Below, piece by piece: positions 63,297 to 64,000 of a stretch of 64,000 bases of DNA (position 1 is the first letter of the stretch; each line of letters opens with the position of its first letter). The notes below the pieces were generated by a model, which was not told the origin of the DNA, did not search any database, and worked only from the letters and a program-made list of their open reading frames with translations. A program made the translations under genes and the position numbers. The stretch covers positions 6,236 through 70,235 of the forward strand of contig JBHHUP010000003.1 of assembly GCA_046753845.1 (NCBI GenBank), given 5' to 3'. The stretch is from Thermodesulfobacteriota bacterium. Its GTDB lineage: Bacteria; Desulfobacterota; GWC2-55-46; JADFVP01.

Positions 63297-64000
63297 CGCG
63301 ATCAAACTCCCTGATGATTTTGTTGAGTTGAAACCTGTCGAGTTTTTTCTCGTTAGTATCACTGGAAAAAATAAAACCCTCTGGAACCTTGGAGCCGTCT
63401 GTCTGTTTTTCTTCGCTCCACCAGGAAAAGTGCGGCTGCACAACAAAGTGGTCATCATACTCAAGCGTAAGCCTGCCGTCCTCTTTTGAGATAAGAACCT
63501 CGTGGAGTTTCTCCCCTGGACGTATGCCTATAAGGTCGAACTTGCACTCAGGGACAATGGCCTTTGCCACATCTACTATGGGGGTGCTCGCTATCTTGGG
63601 GACAAAGATCTCGCCGCCGCGCATACGCCCAAGAGATTTCAGGACAAAATCAGCGCTCTGCTCAAGGGTTATCCAGAACCTTGTCATCCGCATATCCGTA
63701 ATAGGCATAACGCCCGTCTTTTTCATCTTCAGGAATAATGGTATGACGCTGCCGCGGCTCCCGGCTACGTTGCCGTAACGTACTACGGAAAAACGCGTGG
63801 GTTTACTGCCGGCGTAGGAGTTACCTGATACAAATAGTTTATCGGAGCATAGCTTTGTGGCGCCGTAAAGATTAACGGGGTTAACGGCCTTGTCTGTAGA
63901 GAGTGCCACAACCTTCTTAACGCCGCTGTCCATGGAGACATCTATTATGTTTTTCGCTCCCAGTATATTGGTCTTAATGACCTCAAAGGGGTTATACTCC
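63229..64000 (-). CDS. pseB: UDP-GlcNAc 4,6-dehydratase (inverting) PseB/FlaA1, 5'-truncated by the window edge
   Basis: The reading frame stays open to the window end ('EYNPFEVIKTNILGAKNIIDVSMDSGVKKVVALSTDKAVNPVNLYGATKLCSDKLF'). C-terminal half of an SDR-extended dehydratase. Confidence 0.8.
   Translation of the reverse strand, partial: EYNPFEVIKTNILGAKNIIDVSMDSGVKKVVALSTDKAVNPVNLYGATKLCSDKLFVSGNSYAGSKPTRFSVVRYGNVAGSRGSVIPLFLKMKKTGVMPITDMRMTRFWITLEQSADFVLKSLGRMRGGEIFVPKIASTPIVDVAKAIVPECKFDLIGIRPGEKLHEVLISKEDGRLTLEYDDHFVVQPHFSWWSEEKQTDGSKVPEGFIFSSDTNEKKLDRFQLNKIIREFDRGAKKTYRIRRPNNRRRGYKVCT

Noticed and set aside
63297-63464. N-terminal 56-aa extension of the called PseC ORF
   Set aside because: It overlaps the 3' end of pseB in another frame and has no similarity to DegT-family N-termini. 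An internal GTG at 63296 with an upstream AGGGAG gives the canonical start.

Overview
This 64 kb window is a GC-rich flagellar and chemotaxis supercluster, almost all on the minus strand. Read 3' to 5' on the minus strand it contains: motB-motA-cheB-cheA-cheY-REC-cheR-HEAT-fliA-flhG-flhF-flhA-flhB-fliRQPO-fliNM-fliL | flgE-flgD-fliK | ylxF-fliJIHGFE-flgCB | a sigma54 response regulator and histidine kinase with an 806-aa TPR/AMIN protein | a second sigma54 activator (FleQ/FlrA-like) | a divergent second stator pair motA2B2 on the plus strand | a convergent flagellin-fliD-fliS-fliT-like-PilZ operon | and a roughly 20 kb flagellin glycosylation island. The island holds Maf, a GH57-like protein, a B12-radical SAM enzyme, an ATP-grasp ligase, two Zn-ADHs, an FSA/transaldolase, two methyltransferases, PseG-, PseF-, PseI-, PseC- and PseB-like genes, a class III aminotransferase and a Gfo/Idh oxidoreductase. 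The gene order resembles the Bacillus fla/che operon, but it is broken into units preceded by near-consensus sigma54 promoters (before fliK, fliL and the TPR-kinase-regulator operon) and sigma28 promoters (before flagellin and motA2B2). This suggests a FleQ to FleSR to FliA cascade. Other notable features are a degenerate tandem array of about 18 copies of a 17-bp unit upstream of the FleQ-like gene, and G-run-rich intercistronic elements on the transcribed strand. There is also a candidate downstream-enhancer repeat pair in the flgB leader, an unusually elaborate nonulosonic-acid modification pathway, and a periplasmic TPR/AMIN protein co-transcribed with the flagellar two-component system. 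No rRNA, tRNA, CRISPR or obvious mobile element was seen.
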